The position numbers and the translations under genes are program-made. 64,000 bases of DNA from Babesia bigemina (Eukaryota): positions 1,178,001 to 1,242,000 of the forward strand of contig NC_027216.1 of NCBI RefSeq assembly GCF_000981445.1, read 5' to 3'. The notes beneath the pieces are model-generated. The model was not told the origin of the DNA, made no database searches, and saw nothing but the letters and a program-made list of their open reading frames with translations. How positions within the stretch are numbered: position 1 is the stretch's first letter; every line of letters begins with the position of its first letter. Positions 49,172 through 61,912 of this stretch are shown here, piece after piece.

Positions 49172-52100
49172 TTATTTCTGCAACCAGTTATGTCGGCATT
49201 TTATAGCCACTGCTCGTGCTCTCTGACACCCATCGCCCAAACACTCGGACATACGCTTCATAACCTACACATTTTGCTCATGAGGCATCTAATGTAACAT
49301 ACCGATCTACAATTGCTCGCTGATATTGTCTTCGGCGCGGCCTTGACTATACAATGCACTAACAGTATTCCAAATACGCGGCATACCGGAAGACTAGATT
49401 CAAGGGCCACCGATGCGGCTACTTCTGTCAGTTGTTCCCACTGACTATACGACGGTTCGAATTCACACCTATTAGCAAGATTTACAGCTTCTCTACTTTT
49501 TTGCGACCATAAGTAATCGAAGCTATGTCTAACTTCTGAACCACTGCTGCTGGATTGCTCCAACAGGCAAATTACCTTTAACAGTAAACATTGGGACAGG
49601 AACAAGAATTCGCGTTGTAGCCACTTTTCATAAGGACTATGTAAATTTGTTTGGATGCTGTCGTCAACAACCGCTGCTCTTTGGACAGCCGCCCTCTTAT
49701 TTTTAACTGCATCCAACTTGGGCCATTGTGACACATATTGCTGCATTACAAACTGCATGATCTCGGCGTTGTCGTACAACAATTCGGAGTGTTCTAACCT
49801 CAAAGCAACCGAAGTGATTGCAACGGCATAGGCCAGGTTATCTTTCGATTCGCTCAAAACGTTAATAAGATATTTTGCGACACTTGCATCTGGTGTGCGT
49901 GAGTTGCGGAAGTTAGCCATCAAAATTTTGTGCTGCATCCGAGTGAGGGGAGGCACTAGTTCTACCTCTGTGCCATCAACGAAGAACACATCTGAATATG
50001 TGATTGAAGGACCAATGAAGGTTGCGGGGTTGTATCCAAGGTACTCCAGTGTTGCTGACATATTTTCCACTTGGAAGGGATACATTCGTGCGACAGTTGC
50101 ACTGATTACGCTTGGCGGAAGAGATAGCATGTGCGACTTCATATCACGTGACACCAAAGTTTGGTACGATGCGTCTTCCAATAGGTATGAAAGGATGATT
50201 GACGGCAACCCCTCTGACAATAAACTGCTGAACCTGCTATTAGAGATTTCTTCCAGATTTATGGCACTTCTTGAAACTTCCATGCGGTTCTGATTATCGA
50301 AATAATCCCCCGATGATTCAAAAGAAAAATTTAACGCCTCGCTTTTATTACAATCTTGCTTAACCCAACATTTCAGCAACCAGCCTATGGATTCCAATTC
50401 CATAATTTTGATTTGATCACGTTTAGCATGCTCTATTATGACAGCTACAATTTCATTGGATATATGATTGAACAATAATGGCAGCAGAAATATCAATCCG
50501 TCTTCACAAAGTTGCCGTGCGATATCTGCACTTGGGTGATCCAATGTCATGGACATATACTGGGGTATTATGAAAGTAGCCAACTTCAAAACACTTTGTG
50601 ACATTTTCCTGTCTTCCGCCTTTTCGGATAACACTTTATAGTATCCTAATAACTGATTGAATGAGAACTCTTCGTTCAATAACGCACAGAGCGTCTTTCT
50701 GTTCGCCGTAATTGCGAGAGAAAAGACAAATGTAGCATGCCCTATCTTCGACTCCGGATTTTCGCAGACGTGTATAAAGCATTTGCAATATGCGGCAAAT
50801 ATTTGTTTAACCAGAGCCTTATCAGTGCTTTTATTTAAGACTATTGCGCATATTTCGGCCATTTCATGTGAAAGATCGACATCGTTGCTAAAGTATGCAA
50901 GTATGCAATCTTCAATATCACTGCTGACCACTAGGCAATCCATCATCAATCTAATCTGCTCTACTATAGGATCGCAGTGCACATAATGGGATTTCAACAT
51001 TGCTAGCAACGCATCCGCATAAAGTCGGATATCCATTCCGTCACGACAAACGCGCTTCTTACTAAACAGTTGTGACTCTTTTAAGCAGTGTATTAATACG
51101 TGTTCCAAAACAGGACACGTAGAAGACGAAATGGCCAATGTTAGAAGCTTTAAACCTCGACTGCATATTGTATTATCGTTCAACTGTAGAGAACACAAGG
51201 CACCAACAACGATTTGTTTGGCATAAATTGTCGGAATAGGTTGAACACAATACGACACAAGCTTTGCAAATAGCGTGTTTGTAACAACAGGGAGCATGAG
51301 TGCCAATTGCTTGCATAAAGAATCCTCCGAGTCCAACCCTTTTTTGAATTGGGCGAACATCACAATTATATCATTGCACAAAGGCACGAAAACATATTCA
51401 AGCAGAAGATCGTGGTACTTCGGCATACCACAGAGTATATCCAAAAAGTATGCGGCATAGCCATTCGCATCAGCAATTTTACTGTTGTCAGCAGTGAAAT
51501 TATTTTTCAAGGTGCGTAACAACTTAATTACAACCTCTTTACACATATAGACATCTACAACGTCCATATATACCTTTACAATATCACCGAATATTTTTAA
51601 TTGATTGGATACATATTTCCAACCTTCATAATATAGCATGCCTAATTTATTTGCCTCCGTAACCGAGAAAACGGAGCTTTCCAAGTCACTTAGAACACCG
51701 TCCACAATTATTCCTCCGGGTGTATCGTCAAGACATTCGTCATTACCGTTTTTACGGGAAGCTGCGTCCGTAAAAAATTCCGACACAAGAACGTCTATGA
51801 AGGATTCAAGGTTATATGAGTAACATGGCACCCCGTATATAGGCGCACACTCTTTGATGAACCATAACGTATCACCCAATATAACGGCGTGATCATCCTC
51901 CGTAGCGTAGCCGGAGTATAGACAATCGAACAAAACTTCCATTGCGTGCGGCCCGAATTTGCTGCATGCCTTGAACACTCGCAAGAGCCTCTGCTTTAGT
52001 TCCAATGGTGTGATGCCTATTCGATCGTTTTTAGGAGGTTGAAACTGTATTGGGTAGTATGGTGTGCAGAGTTTAGCCAGAAGGTCCACATCGTGATCAG

Positions 52101-52770
52101 CCAGATCGTCTTCGCACAATTTCGCAACAAGATCGAAGAGTACCAACAAATTTCTCGGATCCTTTTCCCCCAACACGGCGCTGCAAAAACTCGCTACAAA
52201 GTTCTGCCGAAGGTTGAGATTTTTAGACCTATGTAATTGCAGCATGAAATGAGTTATCCATAAAAAATCCATGCGAGGCTGCTGCGCCATTGATGCTATA
52301 TTTTGCGCCACTAGTGCGTCATATAACGGCTGCAGAATATTCAGAACATGTATGGTGCCACCTTCGATTTTGATATGACGCTCTAATAAGGCGCGAATCG
52401 CCAGTATCGCAAAGTTTGTGCATACTGTTACCGTCAAACATTTCTGTAGGAATGGCACGAGGCATTCTGCTGAAAACAGGTTTTCCGTACGCGAAATAAC
52501 ATCATATAACAGACGACAGATGTTCCTTTTGCGCACAGGGTCGTTTTCCTGATGTACGTTGGTTGTATTGATGTAAAAACATACATGATCGTAAGTGCGT
52601 ACCACTATCTGGACAAATGCCAAATGTTTCGAATTCACTACTGCCACCAAAATGTGGTTTCTAAGATCGCAGCATCTGGTCTCCGAATCGTTAGAAGTAT
52701 ACTGATCAATCCATTCAATGAGTTTGGATCTCGGCTCTGCGACAGCGTCCTCAGAATTTGAGTCAGACAT
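49172..52770 (-). CDS. MMS19: MMS19/Met18 (cytosolic Fe-S assembly targeting complex)
   Basis: GEKDPRNLLVLF, YYPIQFQPPKND..GIT. Spliced C-terminus LGDGCQRARAVAIKCRHNW. Confidence 0.88.
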
Positions 52771-53123
52771 CCCTGCAATGGCGTACACATCAACAAGAAG
52801 TCACGATTTTATTCACTGTATGGCAAAAAAGTGTCTATACACGAAAAATTGTGAACAAAGTTGACTCTCCAGCCATTGCAAACATAGACATATTTTCATT
52901 TCGTAACAAATCGCGTTGTCGTCGACAATCGTAAAACCTATTACTCTACTGGAATGAAAAAAGACTTTGAAGTCGAGTTATAACATTCTCTGGGACAACT
53001 CGGCAAACCTGAGCTCGTGTAGCGTCGTCGTAGTGTACCTCAAGCGTGAATCGTATTGTGGGAAACTATCGTATGCCACCAGGTAACTATCTATTCACCA
53101 TCGACTACCAATCCTAATATACT

Positions 53124-53817
53124 ATGTCAAGCATGGAAGGTCGAGATGTTTCTCGTGAACCGTGCCCCGATCGCATTGTGGAAGATATGGGAGGTGCCTT
53201 TGGTATGGGATGTGTAGGTGGTTTTCTTTGGCACTTCGTGAAAGGAGCTCGTAATTCACCGAGAGGCGTCATATTCCATAATGCCTTTTACAGCGCTCGA
53301 GTTCGCTCTCCGGTTCTTGGTGGTAACTTCGCCGTTTGGGGAGGTACTTTCTCTACCTACGATTGCACCTTCCAGTACATGCGTGGTAAAGAAGATCATT
53401 GGAACGCTATTGCAAGTGGATTTGCAACTGGTGGCACGTTGGCATTGCGAGGTGGCATGGGCCACGCAGCGCGCAACGCGGTGATTGGGGGATTGTTGCT
53501 GAGTGAGTTATGCACTGTTCAATAGAAAGAGTTCTGTTCAAGCTATAGTTGTAACATAGCATAACAATTATGCGCGAATGTAATGTCAGATACCCCGATG
53601 AGATTGAGCGTTTTGTAATACATCATAAAAATATTCTTGCACATGATGTACTGCAGGTATCATTGAGGTTGTCTCTGTGGCTGTTAATCGGCGTATGACT
53701 CCAACTCCTAGACAACAATTCGAGCGTCAGATGGAATATGAGCAACAAAATAAGTATGTGGCATTTGCCTGCATTACAATTGTTTGTAGGAATGCTAGCG
53801 TTCCAGCTACGCAGTAG
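53124..53817 (+). CDS. TIM17: Mitochondrial inner membrane translocase Tim17, 3 exons
   Basis: REPCPDRIVEDMGGAFGMG, GGNFAVWGG, RGKEDHWNAIASG. Confidence 0.93.
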
Positions 53818-55267
53818 CTACCAGCACGGCCTGTTGCCAACGATCGCCATTTCGTGCACCTACGTGTATATTTTAATTGCACATAGAAGGCACGCACCAT
53901 GTATGGATATTCTAGAGCGTCTTGCGACAAGTCTGGGTGCCTCGACAGCGCCATTGAATACACAACTTCCCTAATATCGTCAACTTCACCTATTTCACCA
54001 ATGTATTTTGAAAGGTATTAAAATCTACCTGCAACTACGTTTCCATGATAATCTCGAAGACAGTTGATTTGTTGTGTAGTGAAATTGAAAATGAACCACG
54101 GGTCACTGCCAGGCATGGTAATGCCACCTGCAGTTATTCGAACTAAACGAAAGAAGAGTTACCCTTAAGTTCCACATCCTTCAATATAAGGATGTTATGA
54201 TCAAGTTCCAGTTTTTGAAGTGATCTCTCCCGTATGGAGGCGCTTAGCACGTTGAAGGCAACATCTCCACAATGCTGTGAGATTCATGGTTAACCGATAA
54301 TAACATACCATTTTAAGAGACTCAACATCGCCAGTGAGGTAGCATTGAACTATATGCGGTGCAACGACATGCTCCACGAGTTCCATGAGTTCTGGAATGC
54401 TAAAGCAAGGGTCTAGTTGCTTCATATCTCTGATGGCTGTAGCTAAAGTTGACTTTCCGAATAGCTGCTCAAACAACGGATTTTCTACTAGCTTATAATC
54501 ACATTTACGACAACTCACCAAAGAAATTTGCGAGGAAAGGCATGTCGCGGAGGCGGCTCCCAAAGCGTTCCCATGCAGACTCCTTAGACAATACAAGTGC
54601 ATCCTCTATGCGATTTGTTGTTGTATCATCTGGTTTTCGACCATCATGCAACCCTAACGATCCTTCTTGAGCGTTGTTTATGTCCATTTTTTGTCTGCTG
54701 CAGTTTAAGTTGGTGTCATGCGGTATAATCGTTGGCTGTGGTGCGTTACCCACCTTTGGTTGACAACCCTTTGTTTCCACTTGGCCCGTAGTTCCTTTAC
54801 CTCCCTTTCTTCATCGTGGATCATCTCCGCCACTTTGTTAATACCACAAACAACATTTTTCGCTGCATGTTGTTGATACGTGGCTTCTATTACCTACCTG
54901 AGGTTATGGCGAGCTGAATTGCTCTCGATTTGCTGCTAGTTTCAGAAACTCTGCTTACGTAATGTCCACATATATCCTTAGATCTATTTAGAATTTCCCC
55001 AAAACGGTTCACTTTCTGTGTGATTTTGGATTTTTCCAGTGATTTTATGGCTTCCTGTAGTTTCTCGTCTTTCTCCAGGTCACGCTTGACCTGGTTTATA
55101 ACTGATTGCACAAATGAATCAGAGTTAAATCTTCTGCTGCCATGCGTTGCCGTATAAGCATGTGCTGGTTGCGAATTGCGATGGTACGAGCGCGGAAGGC
55201 CGCGCAGGGCGGCGTAGCTGCGGTGTATGCCGGTTGCTACGAAACTGGCCAATCTATCTGACCTCAT
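53818..55267 (-). CDS. TIM44: Mitochondrial import translocase Tim44, multi-exon
   Basis: Presequence, coiled coil, MKQLDPCFS, FIFNFTTQQINCLRD...GEVDDIREVVYSMAL, ends VHEMAIVGNRPCW*. Confidence 0.85.
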
Positions 55268-55630
55268 ATTACACACCAATTAAATCATAGGATTCGTAAC
55301 AATTTTACCTTTGTTGCCTCACGGCAGATTATATTTAAATGTTCGACAAATCGTGGGCTCTACGGCACGCTTAGACGGTGTCCTCACAAACCCTATGGCT
55401 ACTTGAGAACGGCCACCATAATTAGCGAAACAAAATGTCCCTGACTGTTCATACAGAGATATGCTACGGTGGCTTTGTGGCGCGCCTCCGACATTGGAAG
55501 GCTACACACCCCTACGGAACGCGTGCGCGGATATTCTTCGCATCAACATTTTCGCACATTTAGCATTGGCGATATGGTTATACAATTAAGTACCAGTTTT
55601 CGTTTTATCGGCATGTCTAACAAGAACGAA

Positions 55631-56008
55631 TCATCTTCGTCCGCCAGTGTATCGTCCCCTCATCCGTCCCGTCCCACCGCGACCGCGGCCTCGCCCTCGT
55701 CCTATTACTGGACGAACTCTGCTTGGTTTCTGCTTTGGCGCGTCGTCAATAAGTAGCGTGTCCAGTGGAAGGCTGTCGGAAAGGATGAAATATCTGATGT
55801 TATTTCCCCTCACTGTTAGATGATCCAGCAAAACAAAGTTTGGCTCAGTCCCCGATCCACTGTCCTTGTTAACAATTTTTACATTTTTGAGATGTGTATT
55901 CATCGAGATGTCCACGCCCATCACGGTACCTGTAAGCACAGTTCCGTTCTTGAGCTCCACGGTAACGGATTCGTTGGCGAGTTTAATGAGGAAGCGTACG
56001 AGCTTCAT
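55631..56008 (-). CDS. SNRPD1: Small nuclear ribonucleoprotein Sm D1
   Basis: [46 protein letters not shown]-repeat tail. Confidence 0.97.
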   Translation of the reverse strand: MKLVRFLIKLANESVTVELKNGTVLTGTVMGVDISMNTHLKNVKIVNKDSGSGTEPNFVLLDHLTVRGNNIRYFILSDSLPLDTLLIDDAPKQKPSRVRPVIGRGRGRGRGGTGRMRGRYTGGRR

Positions 56009-56276
56009 ATTGGAGACGGATTATTCTACTACTTCGACTTAAATTTGAAATAATTATGGCGGTCTGTTCGTAATTTGGGATTTGTTGGCCAGTGTTGCCT
56101 CTTGCCTTGTCCCGTTTCTCTCTACGTCACTTTCGCGGAGAGAAGCGGTTACGTTTAGTATAGACGTACACCTGTGCGATTTTACATATCATGTACATCC
56201 TACGGTTGGTGTGTTTTGGGGCGTTTTGTTAGCTGTAATACCCCATCCCATCGCACTCTTTATAGCGAGTCGTTAT

Positions 56277-57142
56277 ATGTCTTTTTATCTAATGCGAAAG
56301 AGGTGTAACCCATTTATAATTTACATTACAACTTTGTCATTGTGGGTTACGGTAACTGCTTTTCGATACTGCGCCTGGAATCCCAACTCATTGACTTCGA
56401 TTGACAGGTCGCTTTTGCGTGACCAGCGTGTACCGAGCGTCGTTTTCCTTCCATCACTCGTTGGTAGTAACCGTCGAATATCTAACCTTCGCATGATATG
56501 GTGTTATCCGATCGTCAATGATGGCCCTGGTCGCCGGAATCGCCACAAAGTAAATCAGGCTTTCGAAAGGGGTCCCACTAAGGTGAATCTCTCATTGACC
56601 TACGAATATGCCAATCGTCTTGCGCAGAATCAGTATGTGAATAAATATTATCGGGCGATAATTTTTGCAGAATGTTCGCGCCTTTTTCAGGTTTGCTACC
56701 ATTTTACCCCGAGGAAGGTTTAGGTCGCACCCAGGACGTTTACACGCCAGTAGAGAGCGCGTGTGGACGTGTTGATATTGACATTGATGAGTTTGAAAAG
56801 ATAAAGGATGTTTACAGAACGTTTAATGATCAAGGCTGTGGCGTGTTGGAACTCGTTGGCGCTAAGGGCGGTCATTTTGCATTTAAGTACTGCGGACCAT
56901 TGAAAGAAAAATACGGCATAAAAGCGTATCTTTCATACCTTTTAAATGTTGTGTACCCGGGAGCGAAAGTAACTATCCTCACAGAGCACGCAGTTGATGA
57001 AGTGGATCGTATAGGCGTCGATCCTTGGCTGTATGCCAAACAGCGGCGCCTCATCTGCACAGGTAGCGATTACACGGAGTCGTTCAACGATGGTAAGCCC
57101 CACGAAATGAGCTATCCGAAGAAGTTTGACATGCTTGTTTGA
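56277..57142 (+). CDS. Hypothetical signal-bearing protein, possibly apicoplast-targeted, 2 exons
   Basis: Hydrophobic signal plus Arg/Ser-rich leader. An intron at ~56632-56669 joins the two ORFs. Weak resemblance to the NFU C-terminal fold. Confidence 0.55.
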
Positions 57143-57358
57143 CATTTGTTTTCCACTGGATGGCAGCGAGACGTCGCAAAACACCTTAGAGAGGTTCAGC
57201 GATCGCTACAGGCAACGTCACTTTAATTGAACGATACAATTGTAGAACCACTTGACCACGAATTCTACATGGAAAACCTTGCACGCTTATAACGCAGTTA
57301 TACGGCAACCAATAAACGTGTGCCAGTGTGATGTCGACGTAACAAACGTATAGGCCAA

Positions 57359-58169
57359 TTACTTACGTGACACTCCGACTTTGGCAGCCCTTAGAACGCG
57401 ATCATTTATCATGTACCCGTTGAACACAACTTGCAGGATTGTATTCCTGTCGACACTTTTATCCGGAATCTCGAATACGGCTTCGTGCACCTCTGGGTTG
57501 AACTTTTGCTCTAGACTTTCGAAGCGTTTGATCCCGTGTTTTTCGAATGTCTTGTGCAGCTGTTGTTCAGTGAGTCTGATTCCTTCAATGAATTCGGCGT
57601 TCAATCCTGTCTCCTTTTGAGTTCCCAGCGACTTGAAGGCTAGTTCGAATGCATCTGCCACATCCAGCATATCCTTAGCGAAGTGGGTTATGGCATATAG
57701 TTTCGCATTGTTAAGTTTCTTCGCTGCAATTTTTTCGATTTGTTCGCAGTTATCTAGACTTATGCGGTACTTGAGCTGCAACTCCTTCAGTTTCCCAGTT
57801 ACTTCCTCTAGCTTACTTTGAAGTTCTTCCACCTGCTGCGCAAATGATAGACAATGTTTCATCTCTTACCTCCTCTAGATTGACAGGTGAATCCTCATCT
57901 GCCGTGTTTTCGTGACTTGTTTGTTCGGTTTGACTAGGTTCCTCATTTTCGAACTGCGACTCCTTAGGTGATTCGGAGCCCTTTGAACTAAACTGCCTGA
58001 ACTGTTTGTTGCAATAGAACACATTAGAAGTTATAAATCGAGGGTTCTCGTAGGCACGCCCTAACGTCCTTACGGTGGTGTAAAGCCGTGAGGTAAACGA
58101 AGCGTTGAACATACATCCAACAGAAGCTATCGCCGTGCGACACAATCTAAATTTGATGTGTGTACCCAT
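57359..58169 (-). CDS. GRPE: Mitochondrial GrpE/Mge1 nucleotide exchange factor, 2 exons
   Basis: FAKDMLDVADAF, FNPEVHEAVF, GYMINDRVLRAAKVGV; presequence. Confidence 0.93.
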
Positions 58170-58384
58170 AGCTGATTTTATTAGCTAGATCCTTTTACAA
58201 ATTGCAGCGTCCGGTGGAAGGCGCGAGAGCAGACGCACGACGGCGGCCACACTACCACACACTAATACAATATACCGCCATAAGCAAGAAGACAGTTATA
58301 CTGAGGACAATACTCGTTTAGAGAGACGGTGCTTAATTGCAATGCGATAGAAGGCAGCATCCCAGATTATTATGTGCCGGCAGC

Positions 58385-59266
58385 TCATTTGCCAATGTTA
58401 AGTTTCTTGATGCTTGCCAAGTAGCTTTTCTTCTCCTCAACGAGTGACACAGTAGCAACTTTGCGTTTTATTCGAGGCTTTGCACCGACATTTTCGGTCT
58501 TTTTGTCGAATTCACCATAGCTGCGCGTAGACAACTTTGCCCGTTGCAGTGCGCTCTGTGTTTTACTGAGCGCATTAGCTTCAGCCTTGTTTCGCAACTC
58601 TCTAAGCTTCTGCCGCGTTTTTTGTACGTTCTTGCTCCTTTTTGCTTCTTCGAATGGGTCAACACTCTGGGCGTCTGCAATAAATATTTCGATGGTTGTG
58701 TAGTGGTAAAACTAACAATCCGAGTCTCCGACTTCTACAATTGGAGGGTTTGCTGCCACCCCCTTTTTTATGGACTTATATCCCCATCTCGGAACCCAAT
58801 CGTTAACCGTCTTGTCGAACACCATGCGAGAGCGTTTGTGCTTCCTTATACCGCGTGCCTCTGCGCGTTGTTATATGCATCAAAACTTATTACAACAAAC
58901 CCGCAAATAGCTGCCACCTTGTTTTCGGTTTGGGTTTTGGCAGCGGGTACATACGTGGCATGGTGATCACATCTTCCTTTGGCAGCGAGGCGAACACACC
59001 ATCCGGAGTGGCGATCCTTGGGAGTGAAAAAATGCGATTAATTAAGAGTTGAGCGTTGTCCCTAGAGATGTCAAGCAAGCTGAGTGCCGTTTAGAATTTA
59101 GATTTTGAACTCACGTAGTGGCCTCGCAACTCTGCAGGCTCACAGGGGTTGCATCCAAAGCAACAAGGTTGCGCAAGCAATACTCCAGATTGTCAACCTT
59201 ATTCGGCCTGCAGCTAATCCTGACGAAATATTTAAAAATCTCATTACACATTGGCTTAACTCACAT
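58385..59266 (-). CDS. RRS1: Ribosome biogenesis regulatory protein RRS1, multi-exon
   Basis: LRNLVALD, RDNAQLLINRIFSLP, MPRMYPLPKPKPKTRWQLFA, VPRWGYKS, AKLSTRSYGEFDK. Confidence 0.85.
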
Positions 59267-59972
59267 GATTAAGGGGCGGTTCGATGGAAGGACTATGCCA
59301 TAAGGCGTTACGCGCCGCACGTCGCCACGCTCAAGAGCCAGATTCCAACCGGCATTTTACACCTCCAGGCGCGCGTGATATTTAGTGCCCTGTGTGTTAT
59401 GTCTTAGTTTGGCACCTAGTTCGGCACGTATGTTAACGGCGTCGTGCACATCTGTGAGATTGCTGCCCGACATTTTCCCCACCCCCAATATCGCACCTCC
59501 GTATAATCACCTGGCGCTACAGAGGCAGAAACAAGATAGTCCGGAGCGCGAAAATTTAGAGGTTACGTGCGAGAATTGTCGAGTATATAGTCGCGCGTTC
59601 GGTGGACCCTGTGGCGCGATCGGGTTGCCTCCGGTGTAGTGAGCCTTCCTTTTTACAACTGATCAAACGGCCTTCCGCCCCGCAAACAGCGCGTCACTAA
59701 GTGGGCAAAAATTGCAATACAGATGCCATAGTTCGTGAAATCTGTGGTTCGCTTCGATTGCAACAAACCGTATCGCGTCATTTCTGTGCAGCTGTTCTTC
59801 TAGTGGTGCAGTATCCGTTTTGGGATCTTCCATATTACGCTCTTCCATCATTCGGAGGATTTGTACCAATCTGAGTTTTTTCTTTGCACAGGTCCATTAT
59901 TTGGACCGCTGCTAAGTGGTTTGTTTTTTAACCTTCCGATTCGCAGGTTTATCGCGCCGCTTTTAGGGTAGG

Positions 59973-61724
59973 ATGGCTTCCACGAAACCCATTGCGGTGG
60001 CCCCTAGGCCGATCAGTGGCGTGATGCCTGTGGGCGTCTTTCAGGGTCCAAGCGGTCGCAGTTCGTTCACTTCTGCTAGTCTATACGTGGGCGATCTTCT
60101 CCCCGAGGTTACGGAGGCGATGTTGTACGAAGTTTTCAATGGAGTAGGACCTGTGGCTTCCATACGTGTCTGCCGTGACAGCGTTACGCGTAAGAGTTTG
60201 GGTTATGCTTACGTGAATTACTACAACGTACAGGACGCAGAAACTGCGCTCGAGTGTTTAAATTATATCGACATTAAGGGTCACCCTGCTCGTATCATGT
60301 GGAGCGACAGAGACCCCAGTTTGCGTAAAAGCGGTACAGGTAATATCTTCGTGAAGAACCTCGACAAAGCCATTGACACCAAGGCACTGTATGACACGTT
60401 CAGTCATTTCGGCACTATTCTGTCTTGCAAAGTGGCCATGGACGCTCTCGGCAATTCCAAGGGTTATGGATTCGTGCATTACACGACTGAGGAGAGCGCA
60501 AAGGAAGCCATAGAAAAGGTGAATGGCATGCTTATAGGCAACAGCCAAGTTAGTGTCGCCCCGTTTGTGCACCGATACGAACGCGAGGCAACCCAGAGTG
60601 ATGCATTCACAAACTTATACGTGCGCAATTTCCCTGATACATGGACGGAGGACGATTTGCGCGAGACCTTCAGCAAGTATGGTGAAATCACTAGCATGCT
60701 TTTAAAGACCGATGACAAGGGCCGGCGTTTTGCCTTTGTCAATTACTCTGAAACGTCCATGGCAAAGGCTGCCATGGAATCTGAGAATGGTGTAAAGCTC
60801 GAAGGTGCGGAAGAGCCTCTTTTGGTTTGCCAGCACATGGGCAAGGCGAGGCGTTACGCCATGCTGAAGGCCCAGTACGATTCGAGTGCTCAGGACCATC
60901 GTAACAAGTTTTTGGGTGTCAACCTTTACCTTAAAAACCTTGATGACGCCATCGATGACGCTGCTCTTCGTGACCTTTTCAAACAATACGGAACCGTGAC
61001 TTCTTCGAAGGTTATGCGTGACCCTAATGGCGTAAGTCGTGGGTTTGGTTTTGTTTGCTTCTCTCGCCCCGACGAGGCCACCAAAGCCGTTGCGGGCATG
61101 CATTTGAAGCTTGTGAAGAACAAGCCTCTATACGTTGGTCTCGCCGAGAAGCGAGAGCAACGTGCCAGCCGTTTGCAACAACGCAGTAGACAGAACGAGT
61201 TGATGCAGTATGGAGACCGCCCTAGTTATATGCCGCTATACCCGCCGGACATGCCTCCACATGTGTACTACAACCAGGTAGGATTTCGTCCTACGATGCC
61301 TGCACAACCAATGACTGTTGCCCCGCGTGGGATGCGTATGATGGCGCCAGTCCCCATCGTCCACGGCCGAGGAGCGGCTTCTCCCCACGCGCTGCCACAG
61401 GGACGTCGTGCTACAGTGAAGCAGGTGCCATTGAGCGGATTTAAATTCACAGCTCAAGCTCGCAACCGCACGGAGATGCCGAATGGCGCTCCTTCCTCGC
61501 CACCACCATCACAGCCTGCCATTGATGGCGCGGCCATGCACAAACAAATGATTGGTGAGCGTTTGTTCCCCATTGTTGCTCGTGAAAATCCTGATTTGGC
61601 TGGAAAAATCACCGGAATGATGCTGGAGATGGACAACCAGGAGCTCATGGCCTTGCTGGATAATGAGCAGCAGCTGAAGGACAAAATACAGGAGGCGATG
61701 CGTGTCTTGCAACAGGCGTCTTGA
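59973..61724 (+). CDS. PABP: Polyadenylate-binding protein
   Basis: Four RRMs (ASLYVGDL, SLGYAYVN, GNIFVKNLD, SRGFGFVCF) and an MLLE domain (KITGMMLEMD). Confidence 0.97.
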   Translation: MASTKPIAVAPRPISGVMPVGVFQGPSGRSSFTSASLYVGDLLPEVTEAMLYEVFNGVGPVASIRVCRDSVTRKSLGYAYVNYYNVQDAETALECLNYIDIKGHPARIMWSDRDPSLRKSGTGNIFVKNLDKAIDTKALYDTFSHFGTILSCKVAMDALGNSKGYGFVHYTTEESAKEAIEKVNGMLIGNSQVSVAPFVHRYEREATQSDAFTNLYVRNFPDTWTEDDLRETFSKYGEITSMLLKTDDKGRRFAFVNYSETSMAKAAMESENGVKLEGAEEPLLVCQHMGKARRYAMLKAQYDSSAQDHRNKFLGVNLYLKNLDDAIDDAALRDLFKQYGTVTSSKVMRDPNGVSRGFGFVCFSRPDEATKAVAGMHLKLVKNKPLYVGLAEKREQRASRLQQRSRQNELMQYGDRPSYMPLYPPDMPPHVYYNQVGFRPTMPAQPMTVAPRGMRMMAPVPIVHGRGAASPHALPQGRRATVKQVPLSGFKFTAQARNRTEMPNGAPSSPPPSQPAIDGAAMHKQMIGERLFPIVARENPDLAGKITGMMLEMDNQELMALLDNEQQLKDKIQEAMRVLQQAS

Positions 61725-61912
61725 GAACGTTCAGCTCAACATGGTATTCGGCCAACATGTTCGAATGTTGTGCACAAGATTGTTCACCGTGGTTTCGTGC
61801 TTTTGCTCACCACGAATGTGCCGTTATCGCTTTCTGGGTACTGGTGGCGCAAGTAATCGGGCGATACGCTGAAATTTGCAGCGTTACCGGATGGCAAGCT
61901 TTTCAACATCGG

